Shown piece by piece: positions 6,225 to 15,121 of a DNA stretch of 32,000 bases. The first letter of the stretch is position 1. Every line of letters starts with the position of its first letter. Under the pieces are notes generated by a model. The model was not told the origin of the DNA, ran no database searches, and was given only the letters and a program-made list of their open reading frames with translations. The stretch is from Thermoproteus tenax Kra 1 (GTDB lineage: Archaea > Thermoproteota > Thermoprotei > Thermoproteales > Thermoproteaceae), in assembly GCF_000253055.1 (NCBI RefSeq), contig NC_016070.1:1800001-1832000 (forward strand). The letters are read 5' to 3'. A program made the translations under genes and the position numbers.

Positions 6225-7856
6225 ATGCCGTGGGAGATCGTCCTCACGGCAGACAGAGGCTCCTTCACAGACTACGGCGGCTCTACCTCGCTCGGCTATA
6301 TTGCCGATATGCCGGCCCGCCTCGTGCCCCGCCTCTTTATGGATAAGTTTTTCACCCCTCCGATATCCACCGATAGAGACGGCAGAGCCATCTATGCGCC
6401 CTACGCCCTAAGGAAAGTCGAGGCCATCCTGGCGTCCTCAGGCTACACGGACGTCGCTGTAGTGCCGCCGGAGCGGCTGAGAAAGGCGGTGGGCCCGAAG
6501 ACAAAGGTTGTGGGCATAAGCGTACATGACCCCTATGGTCTCTCGCCCGTGGGCACCTTCTTGACTACGATTCTGGGCGGAGGGGAGACGTGGACGGCGC
6601 GCTTCTTTAGAGAGTTAGGCGAGACTATAGAACAGCTCAAACGTAAATACAACGTCAAGGTGATAACGGGCGGCCCCGGCGTTGAGCAGCTCTTGAGGGC
6701 CGGCAAGCCGAGCTGGATCGATGTATTGTTCATAGACGATGTGGAGATCACTCTCCCCAAATGGTTGCCCAAGATAATGGCCGGCGAGGAGGTGCCGCCA
6801 GTGATAAGGCCGTCGGTGGGCGAGTATCCAGCCGCTGAGGATATACCTGCCATATTGAACCCCGCAAGGTTGGGCGAAGTCCAGATAACGCGCGGGTGCC
6901 CGAGGGGGTGCCAGTTCTGTTCTGTGACTCCTGTGACGTTCCGCTCCATACCCATTGAAACTATCGTTAAAGAGGTAGAGGTGAACTTGAGGGCCGGCTG
7001 GACTCAAGTCGATCTAATAACTGACGACTTGTTGTTATACGGCACCTCGGCGTACGGGCCCGACAGGCTCAAGGTCAACCACAACGCTATAGTCAGACTA
7101 TATCAGGCCATAAGGTCCGTCGAAGTTGGCAGAAGGAGGGTTAAGCATATATTCTTCAGCCACGTCTCCGCCGCTCCGGTCGTGGAGTCTCCAAAGACGG
7201 TGAAAGCTGTGGCGGAGCTCGGCGGCTTGGGGCCAGACAAGGGAGTCACGCCGGTGATAGGGCTGGAGACAGGCAGCGTGAGGATTCTGAACAAGTATAT
7301 GAGGAATAAGGCGTATCCTTTCCCGCCGGAGAGATGGCACGACGTAGTGCTAGAGTCGGCTATCATACTCAACGAGAACTACATCTATCCTGCCTATACG
7401 ATGACGATAGGCTATCCCGATGAGACTGAGGACGATCTGAGGCAGAGCGAGGAAGTCGTGGAGAAGATAATAGACCACGATCTAGTCGCGTGGATATTCC
7501 CCCTCCCAGTGATACCCATGTACACCTCCGCCTTGAGGGGCCTCAGACACCCCACGCTTGAGGCATTGCCTGAGGGCTTCTGGGATCTGCTCTACATCAG
7601 CTGGAGACATAACCTTAAAATCACTAGGAGGTTGGCGCCAGTACTTCTTCAGAACTCTAAAAACAAAATCGTGAGCAAGATCGTGCACTATATGATAGAC
7701 AGAGTGTTCAACTCCATAGAGTGGTACTTCAGACAGCTCAAAGAGACTATGGGCCGATCCTCGCTTCAATTCTCCACGTTGAATTTAGACAGCGCGTTGG
7801 GAGTTCTGAGATCCATCCTCTGGCTAACGAGGATCTCGTTTGGCCTAAAGAGCTAG
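6225..7856 (+). CDS. Radical SAM protein with an N-terminal B12-binding-like domain (COG1032-type Fe-S oxidoreductase)
   Basis: The ORF spans 6204..7856. It has the CxxxCxxC motif in ITRGCPRGCQFCSV. I place the start at the ATG at 6225 (MPWEIVLTADRG...) on TATA spacing. Confidence 0.85.
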   Translation: MPWEIVLTADRGSFTDYGGSTSLGYIADMPARLVPRLFMDKFFTPPISTDRDGRAIYAPYALRKVEAILASSGYTDVAVVPPERLRKAVGPKTKVVGISVHDPYGLSPVGTFLTTILGGGETWTARFFRELGETIEQLKRKYNVKVITGGPGVEQLLRAGKPSWIDVLFIDDVEITLPKWLPKIMAGEEVPPVIRPSVGEYPAAEDIPAILNPARLGEVQITRGCPRGCQFCSVTPVTFRSIPIETIVKEVEVNLRAGWTQVDLITDDLLLYGTSAYGPDRLKVNHNAIVRLYQAIRSVEVGRRRVKHIFFSHVSAAPVVESPKTVKAVAELGGLGPDKGVTPVIGLETGSVRILNKYMRNKAYPFPPERWHDVVLESAIILNENYIYPAYTMTIGYPDETEDDLRQSEEVVEKIIDHDLVAWIFPLPVIPMYTSALRGLRHPTLEALPEGFWDLLYISWRHNLKITRRLAPVLLQNSKNKIVSKIVHYMIDRVFNSIEWYFRQLKETMGRSSLQFSTLNLDSALGVLRSILWLTRISFGLKS

Positions 7857-7901
7857 GCTTTAACGCAACTACAGCTTATTTTTATCAAGTCAGTAGATAT
7901 C

Positions 7902-9041
7902 GTGCAGTCGCTCTGCGCCAAATGCCAGGGGAGGAAGATGCTCTGCGGACTTCCTCGCTGTCCCATACTCGACAGAATTAAGGCTGTGAAGGCCTCCCTC
8001 TTCAAGATCAGGGGGCGCGAGATCTTTGGAGCGACGCCCCCCGCGGCCGTCGTGGGCGAGGCCGGCTGGCCCCTAGTGAGAGTTTACATAGGGGAGCCGC
8101 CCGAGGTCTCGGGCGACCGCGCCCGCGACTTCGACGATCCGGCGCGGTTGTGGGGGAAGAGCTTGGAGGAGATAATTGAGCTCAGAAGCTACATGGCCTT
8201 CGGCTATATATCCCCTAGGAGCGCAGGGGATCTGGGCGAGGTCGCGCTCGTGGCGGTCTCGGAGAGGCCCGTCGACGTAGAGATGAAACTGGCCAAAGAG
8301 CCCTCAGCCCTACTCAAGTTCGACCTGAGGGAGAGGCCCATGGGCCCCCGCGCCCCCGTCGACTCGATCAGAGTGGCGGATAACCCGCGCGTGCCCCGGC
8401 AGTTGGAGAGGCTTATACAAGACGATGTGAAAGCAAGCGAGGGAGTGAGGGAACTCTACCTCAAGGGCGTGGACATCTACACAATCCAGAGGGCTTTCGC
8501 CTTGGGCCTATTGGGCGCCCGACACAGGCGGAGGCTTGTGCCAACTCGTTGGAGTATAACTGCCGTTGATGTAGCTGTGGGCGACGTCATCGCAGAGAGA
8601 GTAAGGCGCTTGCCCGAGGTGTCTGAGGCCCTCTATGGATACGGTGAATACCTCGACAATAGGTACCTCGTAATAGTAGTGCCGGGCCCTCTGAAGTTCT
8701 CCTATCTTGAGAGATGGATGCGAGGAGACAGCGCTGTTGAGATAAGAGTGGACGAGGACGTGTTTGGCCGAAGAAGCACTATGGACGGCGGCTACGAGGC
8801 GGCCCGCCTAGCCGTCTTGGAGAAGCTCGCGGCTATGGGGAGGAGGGGGACGGTCGCCGTCGTGAGACGAATCGGCGAGGGCTACTACGTCTCAGTCGGA
8901 AATTGGCAGATCAGGGAGACTATCAGGAGGATCCAACTGAGACCTCTAGACGAAGAGTATATCAGGTTCGTCCGGCTGGTCGGCCGCGATCCTCTCTCGC
9001 TCGTGAGGCGCTCGGTCAGACTGGAGAACTTTTTTAAATGA
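7902..9041 (+). CDS. Nre-family (DUF650/DUF651) putative DNA repair protein
   Basis: A 379 aa ORF with a GTG start. The N-terminal Cys knuckle LCAKCQGRKMLCGLPRCPIL matches what I recall for archaeal Nre proteins. The extreme C-terminus, SVRLENFFK, resembles a PCNA-interacting (PIP) box. A TATA-like CTTATTTTTATC (7875-7886) lies upstream. Confidence 0.6.
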   Translation: MQSLCAKCQGRKMLCGLPRCPILDRIKAVKASLFKIRGREIFGATPPAAVVGEAGWPLVRVYIGEPPEVSGDRARDFDDPARLWGKSLEEIIELRSYMAFGYISPRSAGDLGEVALVAVSERPVDVEMKLAKEPSALLKFDLRERPMGPRAPVDSIRVADNPRVPRQLERLIQDDVKASEGVRELYLKGVDIYTIQRAFALGLLGARHRRRLVPTRWSITAVDVAVGDVIAERVRRLPEVSEALYGYGEYLDNRYLVIVVPGPLKFSYLERWMRGDSAVEIRVDEDVFGRRSTMDGGYEAARLAVLEKLAAMGRRGTVAVVRRIGEGYYVSVGNWQIRETIRRIQLRPLDEEYIRFVRLVGRDPLSLVRRSVRLENFFK

Positions 9042-9056
9042 CAGACAGCTGCCGCT

Positions 9057-11147
9057 ATGGCGCTTAAACAGGCCGTAGTCCTTGCGTTGGTCGTAACGGC
9101 TCTGTTTCTCTCGGCCCAGATTCAGGTCTCGGGCGGATCTCTCGGGTCATGTAATGGGCTCAGCATGACCATATTGAGCGCACAGTGGACGTCGTTGCCC
9201 CGCTACCCCGGCGCTCCCGCCCAACTCTCTCTGACGTTCTATTCAACCTGCGTATACCACGTCGTCACTTTCTCCGTAGTGCCCCAGTGTCCTTATGTGA
9301 GACCCGGCGAGCCCACCGTTGTACAGACCGTGCCGGCGGGTACCGCCTTCGCCGTGCCCGTCCAATTCTACGCCGATAGACTCAACGTCACATGCCCCCT
9401 AGAGATAGTGGCCACGGCCGAGTACGGCCCCGACTATAGTAGCATACTGGGCGCGTCCTCCCCGTATTTCTTGACGCTCTTTATACCCCCGTACCCCGAC
9501 TTCGCCGCGTCCGTCAACGGCACCGCGTACCTAGGACTCCCCAACGAAGTCGTACTCAAGATATCGGATCCCTACAGATATCCGGCCCAGATATCTATAA
9601 ACGGAGAGTCTGCCGCCGTCATAGCTCCTGCCCGTCCCTTCGTCGTAAATAAGACCGCCGATCTGTCTGTAGTGGTGGTGCCTTATTCGCAACAAGCAGC
9701 GTTGATTGTGGATGTTGAAAGCGCCGACTATCTGGGGAACCCCGTCTCATACTCGTTCACAGTACCTCTGTCTGTGGCCCAGCCGCCGCCAGCCACTCTG
9801 AGCATGGTTCCGTCGACTTTGTATATAGGCCGGGCCAACAATGTGACCATAGAAATCTCCGTGCCCTTCAGAGCCAACGGCACCGCCGTCGTCACGCTGT
9901 CCGGCGCCTCCTCGGCCGAGTCCCCCCTCGTAGTGCCCATAGCGGGCGGAGTCGGCATAGCACACGCGCAGATCACGCCGTTGCAGTCGCCTGTGGTTCT
10001 TCAGGCCGTAGTCTATTATTCGGTCATGGGCTTTCAACAGAGCGCGCAGATTTCGGCCGAGGTGAACGCGATTCAACCGCAGACGCCGCTCGCCTCGCTC
10101 TACATCGCGCCGCAGATGCTAGTGGAGAATTCGCCGAACAATTTGACTATAGTAATCAGAGCCGATGGGCCTTTCAACTCCTCGGTCACGATCTCCGGAG
10201 CCTCCGCCGAGGTACCCATGCCCATATATATCTCGGGCGTGGGCTATGCCGCATATTCACTAGTGGTCTACCCGACGTCGCCGCAAGTTGTTGTCACAGC
10301 CACAATACAGACGCGCGGCGGCACTCAACAATACACGGCGTATCTGCCCGCATCGTCGTCGAACGCGTTGTTGGTAGTGCCGACGCCCAGTCTAATCCCT
10401 GCGGGCGGCAACAGGACTGTATACATCAAGCTGATAAATCAGGGGAACATCCCGGTGGAGCGCGGCGTTTTAGTCGTGGGGCCCGCCGCCGGCTCTCCGG
10501 CCCTGGGCAAGGTGGGCGTCTTCAGCTTCGGAGAGCTGGCGCCGGGCGAGTACTTAGACGTGCCTCTATCGTTTCTGGCGCCGGCTACCGCAAGCGGGCC
10601 TCTGCCGTTCCAATACACCATCTACTACTATACGCCCGCCGGCTCTGGCGTTGAACAAGGCAGCTTCTTCGTGCAAGTCTACCAACGCCCCTCAGTCCAA
10701 GTTCTGACCACCTCGGTCGTGCCCCAGACTCCTCAAGCCGGCTCGCCGCTCTTTATATCGCTCACTTTAGTGAACAACGGATACGAGACCGTTAACAACC
10801 TTGAGGTCGCGGCAGTGGCGCCAGAAGGGCTGACTCCGATGACTCCTACGTTGAACTACGTCGGAAGCCTATCCCCCCAGCAGACTCAAGCCGTCACCTT
10901 TTCATTCAACGCCACGAGGCCCGGCGTCTACAACTTGAGCTTGGTGGTCGCCTATCAAGATCAATACGGGGCCTCCTACAACCTGACGGTGCCGCTCCAC
11001 ATCATCGTCGCCAGTGGCGCCGTAGCAACTACACAACAGTCTGGACAGCCCCACGGCGGCGCCGCCCTCGCCCCCATCTCGCTTGTCCTCGTCGTTGTCG
11101 TTGCCGCGGCCCTAATGGCCATAGGGATATGGCGGAGGAGGAGATAA
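9057..11147 (+). CDS. Large extracellular, probably N-glycosylated protein with a signal peptide and a C-terminal TM anchor
   Basis: A 696 aa ORF. It has a hydrophobic N-terminus (ALVVTALFLSAQIQVSG) and many NxT/S sequons. The composition is repetitive and beta-rich (V/S/A/P/T). The C-terminal anchor is PISLVLVVVVAAALMAIGIWRRRR. Confidence 0.6.
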   Translation: MALKQAVVLALVVTALFLSAQIQVSGGSLGSCNGLSMTILSAQWTSLPRYPGAPAQLSLTFYSTCVYHVVTFSVVPQCPYVRPGEPTVVQTVPAGTAFAVPVQFYADRLNVTCPLEIVATAEYGPDYSSILGASSPYFLTLFIPPYPDFAASVNGTAYLGLPNEVVLKISDPYRYPAQISINGESAAVIAPARPFVVNKTADLSVVVVPYSQQAALIVDVESADYLGNPVSYSFTVPLSVAQPPPATLSMVPSTLYIGRANNVTIEISVPFRANGTAVVTLSGASSAESPLVVPIAGGVGIAHAQITPLQSPVVLQAVVYYSVMGFQQSAQISAEVNAIQPQTPLASLYIAPQMLVENSPNNLTIVIRADGPFNSSVTISGASAEVPMPIYISGVGYAAYSLVVYPTSPQVVVTATIQTRGGTQQYTAYLPASSSNALLVVPTPSLIPAGGNRTVYIKLINQGNIPVERGVLVVGPAAGSPALGKVGVFSFGELAPGEYLDVPLSFLAPATASGPLPFQYTIYYYTPAGSGVEQGSFFVQVYQRPSVQVLTTSVVPQTPQAGSPLFISLTLVNNGYETVNNLEVAAVAPEGLTPMTPTLNYVGSLSPQQTQAVTFSFNATRPGVYNLSLVVAYQDQYGASYNLTVPLHIIVASGAVATTQQSGQPHGGAALAPISLVLVVVVAAALMAIGIWRRRR

Positions 11148-11797
11148 GAGTTGTCGATGTATACAAGAACTATGGACCATACCCGGCGTTGAGAGGCATC
11201 ACCTACTCGATACCCAAGGGCATTTTTCAATGCATAGTGGGCCCCTCGGGCAGCGGGAAGACCACGTTGCTCCACATCATTGGGGGCATTGACAGACCGA
11301 CCAAGGGGGAGGTCTGGGTGGCTGGGACTAGGCTGAACGATCTAAGCGATGACGAGCTGGCTGAGTTCAGAAACAGGAATGTGGGCTTCGTATTTCAATT
11401 ATTTTATCTCGTCCCGCGCATGAGCGTGTTGGAGAACGTTGAACTGCCCTTGGTGCTCCGCCGCATTCCCAAGGAGGAAAGGCGGAGGATGGCCCTCGAG
11501 GCGCTCAAGTTGGTGGGACTGGACGGAGTGGATCCCCGCAAGAGGCCGACTCAGTTATCAGGCGGCGAGCAACAGCGCGTGGCGATAGCGCGCGCCATAG
11601 TGGCCAGGCCCAGAGTGCTTCTTGCCGATGAGCCTACCGGCAATCTAGATAGCGAGACGGCCGCCCGGATAATGGAGACCTTCCTCTCCCTCAAGAGGGA
11701 GCTCGGGGTAACCATAGTCATGGTGACGCACAATTTAGAGCTGTTGAAGTACTGCGATAGAACCGTGAGAATAAGAGATGGAAAGATAGTGGAATAG
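11129..11797 (+). CDS. ABC transporter ATP-binding protein (MacB/LolD-like)
   Basis: It carries Walker A GPSGSGKTT, a Q-loop, the signature LSGGEQQRVAIARA, Walker B LLADEPT and an H-loop HN. It overlaps the upstream gene by 19 nt. Confidence 0.9.
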   Translation: MAEEEIRVVDVYKNYGPYPALRGITYSIPKGIFQCIVGPSGSGKTTLLHIIGGIDRPTKGEVWVAGTRLNDLSDDELAEFRNRNVGFVFQLFYLVPRMSVLENVELPLVLRRIPKEERRRMALEALKLVGLDGVDPRKRPTQLSGGEQQRVAIARAIVARPRVLLADEPTGNLDSETAARIMETFLSLKRELGVTIVMVTHNLELLKYCDRTVRIRDGKIVE

Positions 11798-11847
11798 TCA
11801 GCACTCGGCAAAACTCTTCACGCCTCCGAGAGGTTCCCACTCATCAT
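11798..11847 (-). ncRNA. C/D-box sRNA candidate
   Basis: The minus strand reads ATGATGA(C)-GTGGGAACCTCT(12)-CGGA(D')-GGC-GTGAAGA(C')-GTTTTGCCGAGTG(13)-CTGA(D), 50 nt in total. A TATA-like CTTAATATAG (11865-11874) is centred about 23 nt upstream of the C box. The D box starts 1 nt after the TAG stop of the ABC ATPase gene. Confidence 0.55.
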
Positions 11848-11928
11848 ACTCGGCCGTTGGCCGACTATATTAAGCTTGTCGGCGGCCTCACGACATGCTT
11901 AATAGCGTTTAAATAGATCGATCTAGAT

Positions 11929-12669
11929 ATGACAGTGTTTCGTATCCTCGATAGATATAGCAGACAGATAGCGGTGATAGGGGAGGAGGGCCAACGCAAG
12001 ATAAGGAGCACGTCTGTTGTGGTCTTCGGAGTAGGCGGCCTCGGCTCCCATGTGTCCTACTATCTGGCCGCCGGCGGCTTCCGGAGGCTGTATTTAGTAG
12101 ACTCAGATAGAGTGGCGGTTTCAGACCTACATAGACAAGTCCTATACTCAACCAAGGACGTGGGCGTGGAGAAGGCAGTCGCCGCAGCCTCCAGGCTTGA
12201 GCAAGTGAACCCTGAGGTTGATGTGGTACCCATATCTGAGGAAATAACCCCGAGCCTTGCCGAAGAGCTCGTAAAGAAGTCCGATATAGCCGTGGACGCG
12301 TTGGACAACTGGCCGAGCAGACACGTCGTCAACAAGGCCGCCGTGAGTGCGAGGAAGCCCCTCGTGCACGGCGCCGTGCAGGAGTGGTATGGGCATATCA
12401 CAACCATAGTGCCTGGCATCACGCCGTGTCTTGAGGAGCTCTTCGGGAGGTTCAAATCCTTGCCGGCGTGTGCGCAGGCAGGATGCCCTGTGTTGGGGCC
12501 CGTGGTGGGGACCGTCGCCGCGATCATGGCGGTAGAGGTCTTCCGTGCGGCGTTGGGCGCACCATCTCTGGCAGGTAAACTGTTGATTGTAGATCTGAAG
12601 CATATGGCCTTCGACATGATACAACTGCAAAGGGACGAGAATTGCCCTGTCTGCCGCTATGTCCGTTGA
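11929..12669 (+). CDS. ThiF/MoeB/HesA-family E1-like adenylyltransferase
   Basis: The N-terminus reads YSRQIAVIGEEGQRKIRSTSVVVFGVGGLGSHV...LVDSDRVAVSDLHRQ, with a nucleotide-binding GxGxxG. The C-terminus has a CPVC motif. Confidence 0.8.
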   Translation: MTVFRILDRYSRQIAVIGEEGQRKIRSTSVVVFGVGGLGSHVSYYLAAGGFRRLYLVDSDRVAVSDLHRQVLYSTKDVGVEKAVAAASRLEQVNPEVDVVPISEEITPSLAEELVKKSDIAVDALDNWPSRHVVNKAAVSARKPLVHGAVQEWYGHITTIVPGITPCLEELFGRFKSLPACAQAGCPVLGPVVGTVAAIMAVEVFRAALGAPSLAGKLLIVDLKHMAFDMIQLQRDENCPVCRYVR

Positions 12670-13390
12670 CAGATTAACTCCGGCGCAGAGGCTGGTGCTC
12701 TACTACATGGCCTTCGAGGCGTTGTACAACGGAAGAGTCTGGCTGACTTTCGACGATATCAAGCAGGGCACTGGGCTGTCAGCGCGGGCTCTGAGGAGCG
12801 CGTTAGTCAAACTCAGGGAGATGGGCTATATAAACAGCGTTATCGATCCCCTCAGAGGAAGGAGGCACCTCCACAAAGTACTCCTAGATAGGCTGTATCC
12901 CATGCCTGAGCTCAAAGGAGTTTTCTTGATAGACGGCAGCGCGGATCTGACGCCGGAGGCCATAAAAATTTTGTCGAACGCGGACATTGTCTTATACACA
13001 GACTCAGTGGATCCGAAAAGGTTGGAGGGATACGCTAGAGCGCTGAAGCGGTTCGACGGCAGAGTGCCCGAGGCCGGCCTAGTCGCCATAGTCTTCAATC
13101 CGTTGTTAGACCTCGAGCGGCTCCGCGACGTTGTCGGTAGGGCTAGGTACATATGTGCCTCCAATTCGGTCGACAAAGCTCTAGGCTCATGTTTGGCTTG
13201 CGGCATCGTCGACGTTGACTACGGGAAGTTTAGAATTAAGACGATCGCCGACGAGAGGGAACTAGACGAGTTGGTCAAACGCTACGACGTAAGAGGCACT
13301 ATCATGCTGCAGACGTGCGACGGAAAGAGGTACGAGCTTGTGGTTCTCTCAAGGCGCGATAAAGCGGCCGGAGCTCCACCTCGGAGTTAA
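12659..13390 (+). CDS. Winged-helix domain fused to a tetrapyrrole-methylase-like N-lobe; function unknown
   Basis: A 243 aa ORF. The N-terminal wHTH reads [28 protein letters not shown]. It is followed by [29 protein letters not shown], which resembles the GxGDxxLxTxxAxxxLxxADVVLYD start of SAM-dependent tetrapyrrole methylases. The rest is too short for a full methylase. It overlaps the E1-like gene by 11 nt. Confidence 0.45.
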   Translation: MSVDRLTPAQRLVLYYMAFEALYNGRVWLTFDDIKQGTGLSARALRSALVKLREMGYINSVIDPLRGRRHLHKVLLDRLYPMPELKGVFLIDGSADLTPEAIKILSNADIVLYTDSVDPKRLEGYARALKRFDGRVPEAGLVAIVFNPLLDLERLRDVVGRARYICASNSVDKALGSCLACGIVDVDYGKFRIKTIADERELDELVKRYDVRGTIMLQTCDGKRYELVVLSRRDKAAGAPPRS

Positions 13391-13392
13391 AA

Positions 13393-13404
13393 GAATTTAA
13401 AAAC
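13393..13404 (+). promoter_or_regulatory. TATA box for aIF5A
   Basis: GAATTTAAAAAC is centred about 25 nt upstream of the ATG at 13423. Confidence 0.5.
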
Positions 13405-13422
13405 CGGGTTGTCTCCCTCCCT

Positions 13423-13821
13423 ATGAGCACGAAGTATGTAGAGGTGGGCGATCTCAAGGAGGGATCCTACATAGTCATCGACGGCGAGCCCTGTAGAGTC
13501 GTTGAGATAGAGAAGTCGAAGACGGGTAAACACGGCTCTGCTAAAGCCCGAGTAGTCGCCGTGGGGCTCTTCGATAACGTGAAGAGGACTCTCAGCGTCC
13601 CTGTGGATACACAAGTCGAGGTGCCGATAATAGAGAAGTTCACAGCCCAAGTCCTCGCTATATCTGGCGATGTGATACAACTCATGGATATGCGCGACTA
13701 CAAGACGTTCGAGGTTCCGATGAAATACGTTGAGGACGAGGCCAAGGGCAAATTGACCGCCGGGGTCGAAGTGGAGGTCTGGCAGATATTGGACCGGTAT
13801 AAGATAACGAGGGTCAAATAG
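13423..13821 (+). CDS. eif5a: Translation initiation factor 5A (aIF5A)
   Basis: A 132 aa ORF with the hypusination loop [14 protein letters not shown]. Confidence 0.95.
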   Translation: MSTKYVEVGDLKEGSYIVIDGEPCRVVEIEKSKTGKHGSAKARVVAVGLFDNVKRTLSVPVDTQVEVPIIEKFTAQVLAISGDVIQLMDMRDYKTFEVPMKYVEDEAKGKLTAGVEVEVWQILDRYKITRVK

Positions 13822-14398
13822 TCTCTTGGGGCGGAGGCGAGGCGAAGAGGTAATACGGATCTTTCTCTTGGATCTCGGAGAGTATTCTGTTTACTACCAG
13901 TTCGATTGGATCAACGCCTAACCTCTGCCTTATATCCTCGAAGCTTTGGAAGGGCCTCTTCTTTCTTTCGGCCAATATCTCCTGTAGCTTCTTCTTGCCT
14001 ATCCCGTGGAGCAGCTCGAAGGAGTGCATCTTAAGCGTGATGGGACCTGCCTTATTGAACCAATCGACGAACTTCTGCTCGCGGCTCGCCACTATCTGTC
14101 TAACCAACTGTGGAAGGAGCTCTCTCGCCGGCGGCTGTAGATCCTCATATCTGATCCTTCTTACTATCTTGTCGACTTTATCCCTCTGGCCTGCGCCTAC
14201 ATAGACTCTCTCCCCCAGCTCGACCTTAACCCCCGGCTTAAGAGTCACCTCCAACAGAGTGAAGTACTCCTCGCCCAACAGATGGGCGAAAGTGGAATCC
14301 CTTGGGAACTCCCTCCTCACTTTGGCCGGCAACTTATATGCGGCTAGCTCGGGGGGCAGTACGTCTAATACATAGGCATACTCCTCCCTCCTCCTCAT
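13814..14398 (-). CDS. DUF655/COG1491 nucleic-acid-binding protein (OB fold plus HhH)
   Basis: The N-terminus reads [13 protein letters not shown]-terminal helix-hairpin-helix reads [28 protein letters not shown]. It sits in the conserved archaeal position downstream of rpoF. Confidence 0.75.
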   Translation of the reverse strand: MRRREEYAYVLDVLPPELAAYKLPAKVRREFPRDSTFAHLLGEEYFTLLEVTLKPGVKVELGERVYVGAGQRDKVDKIVRRIRYEDLQPPARELLPQLVRQIVASREQKFVDWFNKAGPITLKMHSFELLHGIGKKKLQEILAERKKRPFQSFEDIRQRLGVDPIELVVNRILSEIQEKDPYYLFASPPPQETI

Positions 14399-14736
14399 GA
14401 CTTGATAATCTTCAACATCTCCTTGATTTCGTCGTCGGAGAACTCCCTCCGCTCCAACATCTGAAGCAACATTTTGAGTTCCTCTACGTCCTCGGGCAGT
14501 ATGTTGACCAACTGGATGGCTGTCACTCTGGCGAAGCCGAACCTGGATATAAGCTCCTCCACCTTAGACTCGGCGGCGTTTGCGTCTATTGCAGTGACTT
14601 TCTCGAGGAAGTCTATAGTCTTTCGTTGCACCTCGGTCGTCTCATAGGACTGGGAGAAGGCGCGGAGTATGTCGAGAGCTTTGGCGTTGGTTATGTCCTC
14701 AGATTTACGTATCTTCTTAACGCTCACGTATAGCAA
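14395..14736 (-). CDS. rpoF: DNA-directed RNA polymerase subunit F (Rpo4)
   Basis: About 110 aa of acidic helical protein in the conserved L21e/RpoF/DUF655 neighbourhood. The ORF opens with TTG at 14736. A GTG at 14727 lies 26 nt from the TATA centre (14748-14758) and is the more likely start. Confidence 0.7.
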   Translation of the reverse strand: MLYVSVKKIRKSEDITNAKALDILRAFSQSYETTEVQRKTIDFLEKVTAIDANAAESKVEELISRFGFARVTAIQLVNILPEDVEELKMLLQMLERREFSDDEIKEMLKIIKS

Positions 14737-14824
14737 CTAATGGGGGAATTTAAATATCGCCTTGATGCCCTCGGCATAGCCCCCGGTCGGGGCAAAACTT
14801 AAATAAAGGCGTCACCGAGGGGCC

Positions 14825-15121
14825 ATGCCCAAGCGCACTCACGGATATAGGTACAAGAGCAGAAAGTTGCTGTCGAAGGGGCCTAGGGAGAGGGGTCCTG
14901 GCGGACTATCTAGGTTGATGTATGAATACAAGGAGGGAGATAGAGTGGTGATAGATATAGACCCTACCTATATAACAAATGCTCCCCACAGAAGATATCA
15001 GGGACGCGTGGGGCTCGTCGTTGGAAGACAGGGGGCGGCCTACATAGTTTTAGTCGAGGTGGGATCCAAGGTCAAGAAGTTGGTGGTCCCGCCCGAGCAT
15101 CTAGTGCCCTTTAGGGGCTAG
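14825..15121 (+). CDS. rpl21e: 50S ribosomal protein L21e
   Basis: MPKRTHGYRYKSRKLLSK... is a typical L21e N-terminus, and the ORF is 98 aa. A TATA-like AACTTAAATAAAGG (14796-14809) lies upstream. Confidence 0.9.
   Translation: MPKRTHGYRYKSRKLLSKGPRERGPGGLSRLMYEYKEGDRVVIDIDPTYITNAPHRRYQGRVGLVVGRQGAAYIVLVEVGSKVKKLVVPPEHLVPFRG

Noticed and set aside
12060-12617. Long antisense or out-of-frame ORFs inside confident genes (for example 12060..12617, 22590..23147, 28528..29103, 17218..17649, 6533..6955, 1666..2004)
   Set aside because: These are shadow ORFs, typical of GC-rich codon usage. Their products are Ser/Arg/Pro/Ala-rich with no motifs, and the opposite or alternate frame carries clear family signatures.
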